Source: an uncultured delta proteobacterium
Lineage (GTDB): Bacteria > Desulfobacterota > RBG-13-43-22
DNA length: 64,000 bases
Reading direction: 5' to 3'
NCBI GenBank assembly: GCA_963843145.1
Contig: CAWJJC010000028.1
Span: 576,001-640,000, forward strand
In this document: piece by piece, positions 1 to 8,760 of the stretch
Layout of the letters: each line of letters starts with the position of its first letter
How positions within the stretch are numbered: the first letter of the stretch is position 1
The notes under the pieces: model-generated
What the model was told of the DNA's origin: nothing
Seen by the model: only the letters and a program-made list of their open reading frames with translations
The model's database searches: none
Position numbers and translations under genes: made by a program

Positions 1-777
1 TTCCTCCAGGGGGAACATGCCCATGATCCGATTCAGCGTCTGAGAGGCATCTACCGTGTGCAGGGTGCTCAAAACCAGGTGTCCGGTTTCGGCGGCGGTC
101 AGGGCGATATCCAGGGTTTCCCGGTCCCGGATTTCTCCGACCAGAATGACCTTGGGGGCCTGGCGCAGGGCAGCCCGCAGGCCATGGGGGAAGCTGTCAA
201 AGTCCGTTCCCAATTCCCGTTGGTTAAAGGTGGCCCGGTTGTGGGGGTGGATAAATTCGATGGGGTCCTCCAGGGTGATCACATGTACCGGCAGGCGCTG
301 ATTGATCTCGTTGAGGATGGCCGCCAGGGAGGTAGTCTTGCCGGTCCCGGTGGCCCCGGTAAAGAGGATAATCCCGTTTTTTTCCGTAGACAGTTTTTTA
401 AAGACGGCGGGCAGCCCCAAGGATTCGATGGTGGGGATTTCCACCGGTAGTTTGCGCATCACTATGCCCAAAGAATTCCTCTGGGAAAAGACGTTGACCC
501 GGAAGCGAACCTTTTCGTCGACTTCATAGGAAAAGTCGCATGCCCCCTGACGCAGGAGGTCCTGAATTAAACGGCGGTCCGAATGGAGTAGATTCAAGGC
601 CACCACTTCGGTTTGAAAGGGGGTCAAGGAGGCTAGCGGGGGGGTTAAATTGAGGGAGACCAGTTCTCCGAAGGATTCCACTTGAATCGGCCGTCCCACG
701 GAAAAGAGGATATCGGAGATCTGCGGGTGACTCCTGACGATTCTGGATAAAATTAAATCTAATTCCGTCCGGCGCAT
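1..777 (-). CDS. PilT/PilU-family type IV pilus retraction ATPase (3' end outside window)
   Basis: Read manually: MRRTELDLILSRIV..., Walker A GATGTGKTT, Asp box TLEDPIE, LRQAPKVILVGEIRD, His box STLHT; frame open to window edge. Confidence 0.9.
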   Translation of the reverse strand, partial: MRRTELDLILSRIVRSHPQISDILFSVGRPIQVESFGELVSLNLTPPLASLTPFQTEVVALNLLHSDRRLIQDLLRQGACDFSYEVDEKVRFRVNVFSQRNSLGIVMRKLPVEIPTIESLGLPAVFKKLSTEKNGIILFTGATGTGKTTSLAAILNEINQRLPVHVITLEDPIEFIHPHNRATFNQRELGTDFDSFPHGLRAALRQAPKVILVGEIRDRETLDIALTAAETGHLVLSTLHTVDASQTLNRIMGMFPLEE

Positions 778-790
778 GGGGTTTTCCTTT

Positions 791-1873
791 TCAAACTTCG
801 ACGAAATCGGTGACCAGTTCGGAGACCGAGGATTTGAATTTTTCTTTATCCACGCATTTCATATAGGCGTCATCTCCGGAGATCCACCCTTTCTTCAAGA
901 AGTCCATGATGGCGTCATCCAAGGAGCACATACCGAATTTTTTTCCGGTTTGAATGACCGAAGGGATCTGGAAGGTTTTCCCTTCCCGGATCAGATTTCT
1001 GACCGCATGGGTGGCAATCAGGATTTCCAAGGCGGCCACCCGGCCTTTGCGGTCAATGCGCTTCAGGAGGGTTTGGGCCACCACGGCCCGCAAGGCATCA
1101 GCCAACGTCGCTCGAATCTGGCCCTGCTGGTGGGACGGAAAGACCTCGATAATCCGGTCCACGGTCTTCGAGGCGCTGATGGTATGCAGGGTGGCGAACA
1201 CCAGGTGCCCGGTCTCGGCGGCCTCTATGGCCAGCGAGATGGTTTCCAGATCACGCATTTCTCCCACCATGATGATGTCCGGGTCTTCCCGGAGGGCGCC
1301 CCGCAAGGCGGCGCCGAAAGACCGGGTATGGCGGCCCACTTCACGGTGGTTGACGGTACAGTTGATATTCTGATGGACGAATTCGATCGGGTCTTCCACG
1401 GTCAGAATATGGTCCTTCCGGGAACGGTTGGCGTGATCGATGATGGCAGCCAGGGTCGTCGATTTGCCGCTTCCGGTAGGACCGGTTACCAGGACCAGTC
1501 CTTTGGGCAACAGGGCTAGCCGTTTTATAATCAAGGGGAGGCCCAGTTCATCCAGGGTCAAGATCTTATTGGGGATCTCCCGGAAAACGGCCCCGATCCC
1601 GTGGAGCTGGCGAAAAAAGTTTACCCGGTAACGGGCCAGATCGGGGATCTCGTGGGCGAAATCGATATCCCCGGTCTCTTCAAATTCCTTGATTTTGTCC
1701 TCCGGTGTGATTTCAAATAACAGGGTCCGGAGTTCATCATTTTCCAGGTTTTTGAACTTAATCCGCTCCAATTCACCCCGGATCCGCAACAAAGGTTGGG
1801 TACCGGCGGAAAGGTGCAGGTCGGAGGCGCCCTGTTCATTCATGAGTTTTAAGAAGGCGTCTATTTGGGCCAT
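791..1873 (-). CDS. pilT: type IV pilus retraction ATPase PilT
   Basis: GPTGSGKSTT, EDPIE, LREDPDIIMVGEMRD, TLHT and AVRNLIRE (AIRNLIRE motif). Confidence 0.93.
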   Translation of the reverse strand: MAQIDAFLKLMNEQGASDLHLSAGTQPLLRIRGELERIKFKNLENDELRTLLFEITPEDKIKEFEETGDIDFAHEIPDLARYRVNFFRQLHGIGAVFREIPNKILTLDELGLPLIIKRLALLPKGLVLVTGPTGSGKSTTLAAIIDHANRSRKDHILTVEDPIEFVHQNINCTVNHREVGRHTRSFGAALRGALREDPDIIMVGEMRDLETISLAIEAAETGHLVFATLHTISASKTVDRIIEVFPSHQQGQIRATLADALRAVVAQTLLKRIDRKGRVAALEILIATHAVRNLIREGKTFQIPSVIQTGKKFGMCSLDDAIMDFLKKGWISGDDAYMKCVDKEKFKSSVSELVTDFVEV

Positions 1874-1893
1874 AGAGAGATTCCCTTTCCTTG

Positions 1894-2232
1894 CTATTTA
1901 ATCAATCGGGTAATCAGCCAACTGATAAAACTGATGACCAGGGCGCCCAGTACGGCAACCCAGAAGCCTCGGATGAAAAACCCCTTGATCAACGAGGAAA
2001 CCATCCAGAGCAGGAGGCCGTTGATGATCAGGGTAAACAAACCTAAGGTCAAGATATTGATAGGTAATGTTAATAAAATAAGCACGGGTCGGATCAAGGC
2101 GTTCAATATCCCCAGCAGGGCGGCGGCGGCCAGGATCGCCATAGGGCCGCTGACTTTAATGCCCGGGATGAGGTAAGTGACCAGCAGTATGGCAACAGCA
2201 TTGATCAACCAACGGACCAGGAAAGGCTTCAT
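1894..2232 (-). CDS. 4-TM YvlD/phage-holin-like membrane protein
   Basis: LNALIRPVLILLTLPINILTLGLFTLIING signature; hydrophobic. Confidence 0.85.
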   Translation of the reverse strand: MKPFLVRWLINAVAILLVTYLIPGIKVSGPMAILAAAALLGILNALIRPVLILLTLPINILTLGLFTLIINGLLLWMVSSLIKGFFIRGFWVAVLGALVISFISWLITRLIK

Positions 2233-2460
2233 TTTTCAATCTATACCATAAGTCCTTTAGAGTGGGAACAGCTAAACGACCATTGGGAAAGCTGTGATCT
2301 TCTCCCGGTCAGCCCAGGGAGGATCGACGGCCAAGTACCTCTACCAATATATTTATCGGAGTTATTGGCAAAACCTTAATTTTTTCAGATTTATATTGAC
2401 TCGCCGGAAAGGCTTTTGGTAAATAAGGATTGAATTTACTAGGCGAAAGGAGAAATCAAT

Positions 2461-3354
2461 ATGTCGGCAAAAATTATCAGCGGCGCCGAGGTAGCCAAAC
2501 AGATCCGGGAAGAATTGAAAAAAGAAGTGGAGGCTATGCAGGCCCAGTACCAGACGGCCCCCGGCTTGGTGACGATTCTGGTCGGTGAGAACCCGGCCTC
2601 CGTCAGCTATGTTACCGCCAAGCAGAAAACCTCCAAGGAACTGGGGTTTTTTTCCATCCAGGACAGCCAACCGGCGGACATTAGCGAAGAGGCCTTACTG
2701 ACTTTGATCGACAAGTACAATAAGGACCCCAAGATTCATGGGATCCTGGTGCAATTGCCTTTGCCAAAACACGTCAATGAAACCAAGGTGTTATACGCCA
2801 TCGACCCGAAAAAGGATGTGGATGGCTTCCACCCGGTGAACGTGGGGAAACTAATGATCGGCGAAGCCGATTATCTGCCCTGCACCCCGGCCGGTATTCA
2901 GGAACTCCTGGTTCGCTCCGGGGTGGAAACCAAGGGAGCTGAAGTGGTGGTGGTGGGTCGTTCCAATATTGTCGGCAAACCCATTGCCAACATCATGCTC
3001 CAAAAACAGAAAGGGGCCAACTCTACGGTGACGATCGTTCATACCGGAACCCCTCGAGACAAAATCATCGACCATTGCCGCCGGGCCGATATTCTAATCG
3101 TTGCCGCCGGGGTGGCCAAGTATGTGAAGGCCGATTGGGTGAAAACGGGTGCCGCCGTGATTGATGTGGGGGTCAACCGGATCGGCAAGAGCGAAGCCGG
3201 CAAAGCCATTTTGGCCGGGGACGTGGACTTCGAGAGCGTCAAAGAGATTGCCGGCCTGATCACCCCGGTACCCGGAGGTGTCGGCCCGATGACCATTACC
3301 ATGTTGATGAAAAATACAGTCAAGGCCGCCAAGGCCGCCGTGGGAATGAAGTAA
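2461..3354 (+). CDS. folD: bifunctional methylene-THF dehydrogenase/cyclohydrolase
   Basis: GILVQLPLP, KDVDGFHP, PCTP, GRSNIVGKP, ITPVPGGVGPMT. Confidence 0.97.
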   Translation: MSAKIISGAEVAKQIREELKKEVEAMQAQYQTAPGLVTILVGENPASVSYVTAKQKTSKELGFFSIQDSQPADISEEALLTLIDKYNKDPKIHGILVQLPLPKHVNETKVLYAIDPKKDVDGFHPVNVGKLMIGEADYLPCTPAGIQELLVRSGVETKGAEVVVVGRSNIVGKPIANIMLQKQKGANSTVTIVHTGTPRDKIIDHCRRADILIVAAGVAKYVKADWVKTGAAVIDVGVNRIGKSEAGKAILAGDVDFESVKEIAGLITPVPGGVGPMTITMLMKNTVKAAKAAVGMK

Positions 3355-3411
3355 CGCGGAACAATACCAAGGCGTCATACATTTACCAATTTAATCGAGT
3401 AAACTTAAGGT

Positions 3412-3453
3412 GGTACCGCTTGGATCCAGTCTCTGGACCGGGACGGGGATACC
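3412..3453 (+). ncRNA. pan RNA motif-like hairpin in panB leader
   Basis: CCG-CTTGG-A-TCCA-GTCTC-TGGA-CCGGG-A-CGG stem with bulged As directly upstream of panB; resembles the pan motif known from deltaproteobacterial pan operons (recognised by eye). Confidence 0.65.
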
Positions 3454-3463
3454 GGATTTTTTC

Positions 3464-3494
3464 GAACCCCTGAACGCCGTTCAGGGGTTCTTTT
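3464..3494 (+). terminator. intrinsic terminator/attenuator between folD and panB
   Basis: GAACCCCTGAAC-GCC-GTTCAGGGGTTC perfect 12-bp stem followed by TTTT. Confidence 0.8.
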
Positions 3495-3542
3495 ATTAAT
3501 GGTCCCTTAAACCCATAAAACCAAAATTACAAGGGAGGTCCC

Positions 3543-4403
3543 ATGGAACCAAAGAAAATCTCCATCCCGGATTTAATGGCCAAGAAACGGGCCGGAGAGA
3601 AAATTACCATGCTGACGGCCTATGATTTTTCCATGGCCTCTTTCATTGATCAGGCCGGGATGGATATGATTTTGGTCGGCGATTCCCTGGGCATGGTGGT
3701 CTTGGGCTACGAATCCACGGTCCCGGTGACCATGGAGGAGATGCTTCATCACTGCCGGGCCGTGAGACGGGGGGTTCGGTACGCTTTTCTGGTGGGAGAC
3801 ATGCCCTTTATGTCCTATAACATCAGCCGGGAAGAGGCCATTCGAAACGCCGGGCGGTTTTTGAAGGAGGCCGGCTGCGACGCCGTCAAGCTGGAGGGTG
3901 GTCTGGAAATGGCCGATACGGTCCGGGCGATGGTGGAGGCCGGCATCCCGGTTATGGCGCATATCGGGCTTACCCCGCAGACGGTTTCCAAATTGGGGGG
4001 GTTCCGGGTCCAGGGCAAGGATCTAATGGCCGCCCGGCGGTTATTGGAATCGGCCCGGGCACTGGAATCGGCCGGGGCCTTTTCGGTGGTCATGGAATGT
4101 ATCCCCGATAAGCTGGCCGGGTTGATTTCCCGGTCCTTGGATATCCCCACCATCGGGATCGGGGCCGGTCCGGAATGCGACGGCCAGGTATTGGTGACCA
4201 ATGACCTGCTGGGCCTATACGAAAAATTTCTGCCCAAATTCGTCAAACAATACCTTCAACTCCACCCTCGGATCCGGGAGGCCTTGAAAGATTATGCCCG
4301 GGAAGTCAAAGAGGGGATCTTCCCCGGCCCGGAGCACAGTTTTTCCATGGATCCCCAGGACCTGAAACCGCTGCTGGGGCCTCAGCCAAGGAAAAAGAAA
4401 TGA
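3543..4403 (+). CDS. panB: 3-methyl-2-oxobutanoate hydroxymethyltransferase
   Basis: MLTAYD, LVGDSLGM, DMPFMSY, KLEGG, HIGLTPQ, IGIGAG. Confidence 0.97.
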   Translation: MEPKKISIPDLMAKKRAGEKITMLTAYDFSMASFIDQAGMDMILVGDSLGMVVLGYESTVPVTMEEMLHHCRAVRRGVRYAFLVGDMPFMSYNISREEAIRNAGRFLKEAGCDAVKLEGGLEMADTVRAMVEAGIPVMAHIGLTPQTVSKLGGFRVQGKDLMAARRLLESARALESAGAFSVVMECIPDKLAGLISRSLDIPTIGIGAGPECDGQVLVTNDLLGLYEKFLPKFVKQYLQLHPRIREALKDYAREVKEGIFPGPEHSFSMDPQDLKPLLGPQPRKKK

Positions 4404-5344
4404 AGATCGGAATTGTCGGGCCAGGGGCCATGGGCTGTCTCCTGGCGGGGATGATGGCCCGGGCGGGTTTGGAGATCATGCTTTTAGACCACCGGCCGGA
4501 CCGGGCCGAACAGATCCGCCGCCAGGGGGTGCGCCTGGAAACCGGACTGGATGAAATTCGAGTGCCGGTGGCCGTTACCCTGGAGGCGCTGGATTTGTCC
4601 GGAGTCGACCTGGTACTGATCTGCGTCAAGGCCTATGATACGGAGGTGGTGGCCCGGAGGCTGCGCGCGCTTGATCCCCCCCCCTTTTTTCTGACCCTGC
4701 AAAACGGGGTCGGTAATGTGGAACTCTTAGGGAACTCCCTGCCCCGGGAAAAGGTCTTGGCCGGCATCACCTCCCATGGGGCCACCGCCTTGGGACCCGG
4801 ATGGGTCCGCCATGCGGGGCGCGGGGATACCTTTGTCGGCTCAGGGTTTGGGGAAGAAAATGAAGATCAGGGTCCGGGGGTTCGGATGGCTCAATACTGT
4901 TTAACTTCGGCCGGCTTTGAGACCCGGACTGTCCCCCGGATTAATCCGCTCATTTGGAGCAAGCTGCTGGTCAATGTGGGGATCAATGCCCTGAGCGCTC
5001 TAACCCGACTGCGAAACGGAGACCTGCTCAGTTTCCCCGTCACCGAACAGACCCTGGAGGAGGCTGTGGCCGAGGCGTTGCGGGTGGCCCGGACTAAAGG
5101 AATTGAATTGATTTACGACGATCCCCTGGGACAGGTCAAGGAAGTATGCCGGTCCACGGCCCCCAACCTCTCTTCCATGCTGCAGGATGTGCTGAAAGAA
5201 AAGAGAACGGAGATCGATTTCATAAACGGAACGATCCTGCGGGAGGCGGAAAAACTAGGGATTCCGGCACCGGTCAATGCCCTGTTGACCCGACTGGTTC
5301 AGGCGCTGGAACAGTCGTATTCCCTGCGCGTAAATTCGTTTTAG
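4400..5344 (+). CDS. panE: 2-dehydropantoate 2-reductase
   Basis: GPGAMG, VKAYD, LQNG, WSKLLVN, SSMLQD, TEIDFING; overlaps panB stop. Confidence 0.93.
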   Translation: MKIGIVGPGAMGCLLAGMMARAGLEIMLLDHRPDRAEQIRRQGVRLETGLDEIRVPVAVTLEALDLSGVDLVLICVKAYDTEVVARRLRALDPPPFFLTLQNGVGNVELLGNSLPREKVLAGITSHGATALGPGWVRHAGRGDTFVGSGFGEENEDQGPGVRMAQYCLTSAGFETRTVPRINPLIWSKLLVNVGINALSALTRLRNGDLLSFPVTEQTLEEAVAEALRVARTKGIELIYDDPLGQVKEVCRSTAPNLSSMLQDVLKEKRTEIDFINGTILREAEKLGIPAPVNALLTRLVQALEQSYSLRVNSF

Positions 5345-5416
5345 CCTTTTTTTGAGTCCTGAAGTAGTGGCCTCACCAAGATCTGATTGGCTGGATTTTG
5401 TCTGCACCCCGCGCCG

Positions 5417-5524
5417 GTCATCCTGAGCGAAGCGAAGGATCCCGGTGTTCGGCTCAGGATAAATTTCGCGAGGGACCTTCTGGAATCAACAGGCGTTACG
5501 ATCCTTCCCTTCGGTCAGGATGAC
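5417..5524. repeat. REP-like palindrome
   Basis: GTCATCCTGAGCGAAGCGAAGGATC...GATCCTTCCCTTCGGTCAGGATGAC. Confidence 0.8.
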
Positions 5525-5556
5525 AACAAGGGACTTATTAAGAAGTCGTCCAAAGG

Positions 5557-5691
5557 CTATGGGGCGGTAGGGGTTACGGTTTGCGGGGTTGCCGTGGCGG
5601 TAGATTTCGCCGCCAATTTTTTCCGTTTCAGACGCCGGTGACGCCGCCGTTCGATTTCCCGAACCCGTTCAATTTTTTTGTGCTTGGCCAA
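5557..5691 (-). CDS. small, very basic protein (44 aa)
   Basis: AAAGGAGG RBS before TTG; MAKHKKIERVREIERRRHRRLKRKKLAAK... Confidence 0.7.
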   Translation of the reverse strand: MAKHKKIERVREIERRRHRRLKRKKLAAKSTATATPQTVTPTAP

Positions 5692-5926
5692 AACCACACC
5701 TCCTTTCTTTACCTGGTTTCTTTCTCTAGGGAGAAAAATCAATCGTAATTTTTAAGTATGAAGGAATTATCCCCGCCTGTCAAGGTCGAAGAATTACGCG
5801 GCACTTTTTCGATATTTTTTTTGACAACGATATCCTGATAATAGAAAATACCCCCCAGCCTTCACCCGGCAGAGCGTCATCCATCATGGGTCTTCCGGGG
5901 GGCGGGGCAGGGGAGGCTTCAGCTTT

Positions 5927-5958
5927 CCCGGGGCAACCGAAGTCTCCCCGGGCTTTTT
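5927..5958 (+). terminator. intrinsic terminator upstream of LuxR-type gene
   Basis: CCCGGGG...CCCCGGG stem then CTTTTT. Confidence 0.65.
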
Positions 5959-6002
5959 CTCAGACCTTATTATTTTTGACGCTCCAGATAGCGTACCTTA
6001 TT

Positions 6003-7622
6003 ATGAAGCACAGGAACCAGCACACGATAATAGACGGGGCCGGGCAGGGCCAATCAGGTGATCGACCGCCCCGGGTTGAAGACCTCGAAGTGGAAATCCG
6101 CCGGCTCAGGGACGCGGAGTGTTTGCTCCGTCGAAAAAACGAACACCTGACGGCGCTGCACGAGACTTCACTGGGTCTGATTGACCGGCTGGACCAGGAA
6201 GAATTGTTGGAGGTCATCTTGTTCCGGGCCGCCCGGCTGAGCGAGACGGCCAGCGGATACATCTATCTTCTGGAGCCCGGGGAGACGGAGATGCAGATGC
6301 GGGTCGGAATGGGTTTTTTTGAAAACCAGTTGGGCCGGCGGGTGAAAAGGGGGGAAGGGGTGGGGGGGAAGGTCTGGGAAACCGGGCAGCCCGTACTGGT
6401 GGATGATTACCGCCGGTGGAAAGACCGGATCAGTGACCGGTCCCTGGACGCCCTCCGTTCGGTGGTGGGCATCCCCTTGCGGGACCAAAAGCGTTTTCAC
6501 GGGGTCATCGGTCTGGCCAGCGTCGATCCCGATAAAAAGTTTCGGGAGGAAGACATCGAATTTTTGGGCCGGTTTGCCGAACTGGCCCTGGTGGCCATCG
6601 ACAAGGCCAGATTATACGCCGCGGTCCGCCGGGAATTGGGCGAACGAAAACAAACCGAAGCGACGCTGCGCGAAAGTGAAGAAAGGTATCGCTTGTTATT
6701 GACCTCCTCTCCGGACCCCATCGTGGTCTACACCATGAAGGGTACGGCCACCTATGTCAACCCCGCTTTTGAGCAGACCTTCGGTTTTTCCGGCGAGGAA
6801 GTCTCGGGCAAACAAATTGATTTTGTGCCCCAGGAATGTTGGCCGGAAACGCAAATGGCCATTGCCTGCATGCTGAGCGGTGAAAAGATCCAGCTCTTTG
6901 AAACCAAACGCCTGACCAAGGACGGTCGGGTGCTGGATGTACAGATCAGCTCGACTATCTATAGAAATCGGGATGGTCAGCCGACGGGGAATATCGTTAT
7001 CCTCCGGGATATCAGCGCTCATAAACAGGCCGAAGAGGAACTGAAAAAAACCCATGATCATTTGGAGGACCGGGTCAAAGAGCGGACGGCCGAACTGGCT
7101 AAAATCAATGCGCAACTCCAGCAGGAAGTGGAAGAACGGAAACGGGCTGAAAGGGCCTTGAGAAAAAGAGAAGTCGAGCTAAAGGCCCAGTCCCACCACC
7201 TGGAAGAAGTCAATACGGCCCTGAAAGTCCTGTTGAAACAACGGGAAGAGGACAAAAAGGAATTAGGGGAAGTGGTCTTATCCAATGTTAAGGAATTGAT
7301 TTCCCCTTATGTGGAAAAGCTGAAAAGGGGTCGATTGAACACGACCCAGCAGACCCTGGTGGACATCATGGAATCCAATTTGGATAATATTACCTCCCCC
7401 TTTATCAGCCGGCTGTCATCCAAATATTTCAACCTGACCTCCACCGAAATCAAAATAGCCAATTTGGTCAAGGAAGGCAAGACCAACAAGGAGATAGCCG
7501 AGCTTCTCTACCTTTCTAAAAACACTATTTTGTTCCACCGTCACAACATCCGCGGCAAGCTCAATTTGAAACATAAAAAAATAAATTTACGGGCCCATCT
7601 TTTATCCTATTCTCATGAATAG
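6003..7622 (+). CDS. GAF-PAS-LuxR HTH transcriptional regulator
   Basis: GAF (GEGVGGKVWETG), PAS (YVNPAFEQTFG, TKDGR), C-terminal LTSTEIKIANLVKEGKTNKEIAELL..HRHNIRGKL; start at 6003 preferred over 5886. Confidence 0.88.
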   Translation: MKHRNQHTIIDGAGQGQSGDRPPRVEDLEVEIRRLRDAECLLRRKNEHLTALHETSLGLIDRLDQEELLEVILFRAARLSETASGYIYLLEPGETEMQMRVGMGFFENQLGRRVKRGEGVGGKVWETGQPVLVDDYRRWKDRISDRSLDALRSVVGIPLRDQKRFHGVIGLASVDPDKKFREEDIEFLGRFAELALVAIDKARLYAAVRRELGERKQTEATLRESEERYRLLLTSSPDPIVVYTMKGTATYVNPAFEQTFGFSGEEVSGKQIDFVPQECWPETQMAIACMLSGEKIQLFETKRLTKDGRVLDVQISSTIYRNRDGQPTGNIVILRDISAHKQAEEELKKTHDHLEDRVKERTAELAKINAQLQQEVEERKRAERALRKREVELKAQSHHLEEVNTALKVLLKQREEDKKELGEVVLSNVKELISPYVEKLKRGRLNTTQQTLVDIMESNLDNITSPFISRLSSKYFNLTSTEIKIANLVKEGKTNKEIAELLYLSKNTILFHRHNIRGKLNLKHKKINLRAHLLSYSHE

Positions 7623-7745
7623 TAGTTTTTACCTACTATTTAGCCACTATTTTATAAACTTGACATCCTGGCTAAAGTTAGCTACCCATAATCGTTACCA
7701 TTTAAAAGCATTAGCGGTCACTCGATGTAACGAGCGTTTTTTCCC

Positions 7746-7775
7746 TTGACAGAGTTCCATTGTTATAACTATACT
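7746..7775 (+). promoter_or_regulatory. sigma70-like promoter for ABC/acyl-CoA ligase operon
   Basis: TTGACA-N18-TATACT. Confidence 0.5.
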
Positions 7776-7947
7776 GAATTATTAGTTTTAATTTAATTGC
7801 GCAACGATGATTTGTAATTAAAATTGACTAATTTGTCTTTCTTTACCCCCCGATACATCAAATTCGAACAACTCGTACCATTGGTTCTTCCTGATCCCGG
7901 GAAAGAGCCGAAATTTTACTTCCCCTACTAGGAAGGAGAATGGTCCT

Positions 7948-8760
7948 ATGGAAGCGGATCAGCTTGGGCCGGTTATGCTGAAGGTTGACGAAATCCACAT
8001 GTATTTCGGAAAAGTGGCCGCCCTTTCCGGCGTGTCCTTTGACGTTCGCCAGGGGGAGATCCATTCCATAATCGGCCCCAATGGCGCGGGCAAGACCGTC
8101 CTCCTCAACTGCATCAACGGCCTCTACCACCCCCAGAAGGGTTCCATCACTTTTCTAGGACAGGAAATCAATAAATTGCGGCCCCATAACCGGGCCAAGT
8201 TGGGGCTTTCCCGGACTTTCCAGAAAATCGAACTGTTCAAAGGCATGACGGTGCTGGACAACATCCGTCTCGGCCGCCATATCCATCTGAAATCAGGAAT
8301 CCTGAGCGGGGCCGTTTATTTCGGAAAAACGGCCAAGGAAGAGGTGGAGGCCCGTCAGTACCTGGAAGAGGAAATCATTGATCTGCTGGAAATAGAATCC
8401 ATCCGGCATAAAACAGTGGGCATGCTGCCCTATGGCCTGCAAAAACGGGTGGAACTGGGTCGGGCCCTGGCCTTGAACCCCAAATTGCTGCTCCTGGATG
8501 AACCCCTGGCAGGGTTAAACCTGGAGGAAGTGGAGGATATGGCCCGCTTCATCATCGATATCAGCGAAGATGAAAAGTGGAAGGTCACCTGTATTCTGGT
8601 AGAGCACGACATGGGGGTGGTGATGGATATTTCCGATCAGATTTCGGTGCTCAACTTCGGAAATAAGATTGCCACCGGTACCCCGCAGGAGGTGCAAGCC
8701 AACCCCCAGGTGGTGGAAGCGTATTTGGGTGAGGAGGATCTGTATGCCACACGGAGATAA
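7948..8760 (+). CDS. LivG-like ABC transporter ATP-binding protein
   Basis: GPNGAGKT, LPYGLQKRVELGRAL, LLLDEP, VEHDM, AYLG. Confidence 0.92.
   Translation: MEADQLGPVMLKVDEIHMYFGKVAALSGVSFDVRQGEIHSIIGPNGAGKTVLLNCINGLYHPQKGSITFLGQEINKLRPHNRAKLGLSRTFQKIELFKGMTVLDNIRLGRHIHLKSGILSGAVYFGKTAKEEVEARQYLEEEIIDLLEIESIRHKTVGMLPYGLQKRVELGRALALNPKLLLLDEPLAGLNLEEVEDMARFIIDISEDEKWKVTCILVEHDMGVVMDISDQISVLNFGNKIATGTPQEVQANPQVVEAYLGEEDLYATRR

Noticed and set aside
1894-2232. Holin as evidence of a prophage
   Set aside because: YvlD-like family is common in chromosomes and no phage genes are adjacent
5886-6002. Longer N-termini from the ORF track (also 15690, 28981, 36907, 54087, 62014)
   Set aside because: Extensions cross terminators, repeats or upstream genes, or lack an RBS; downstream starts fit better
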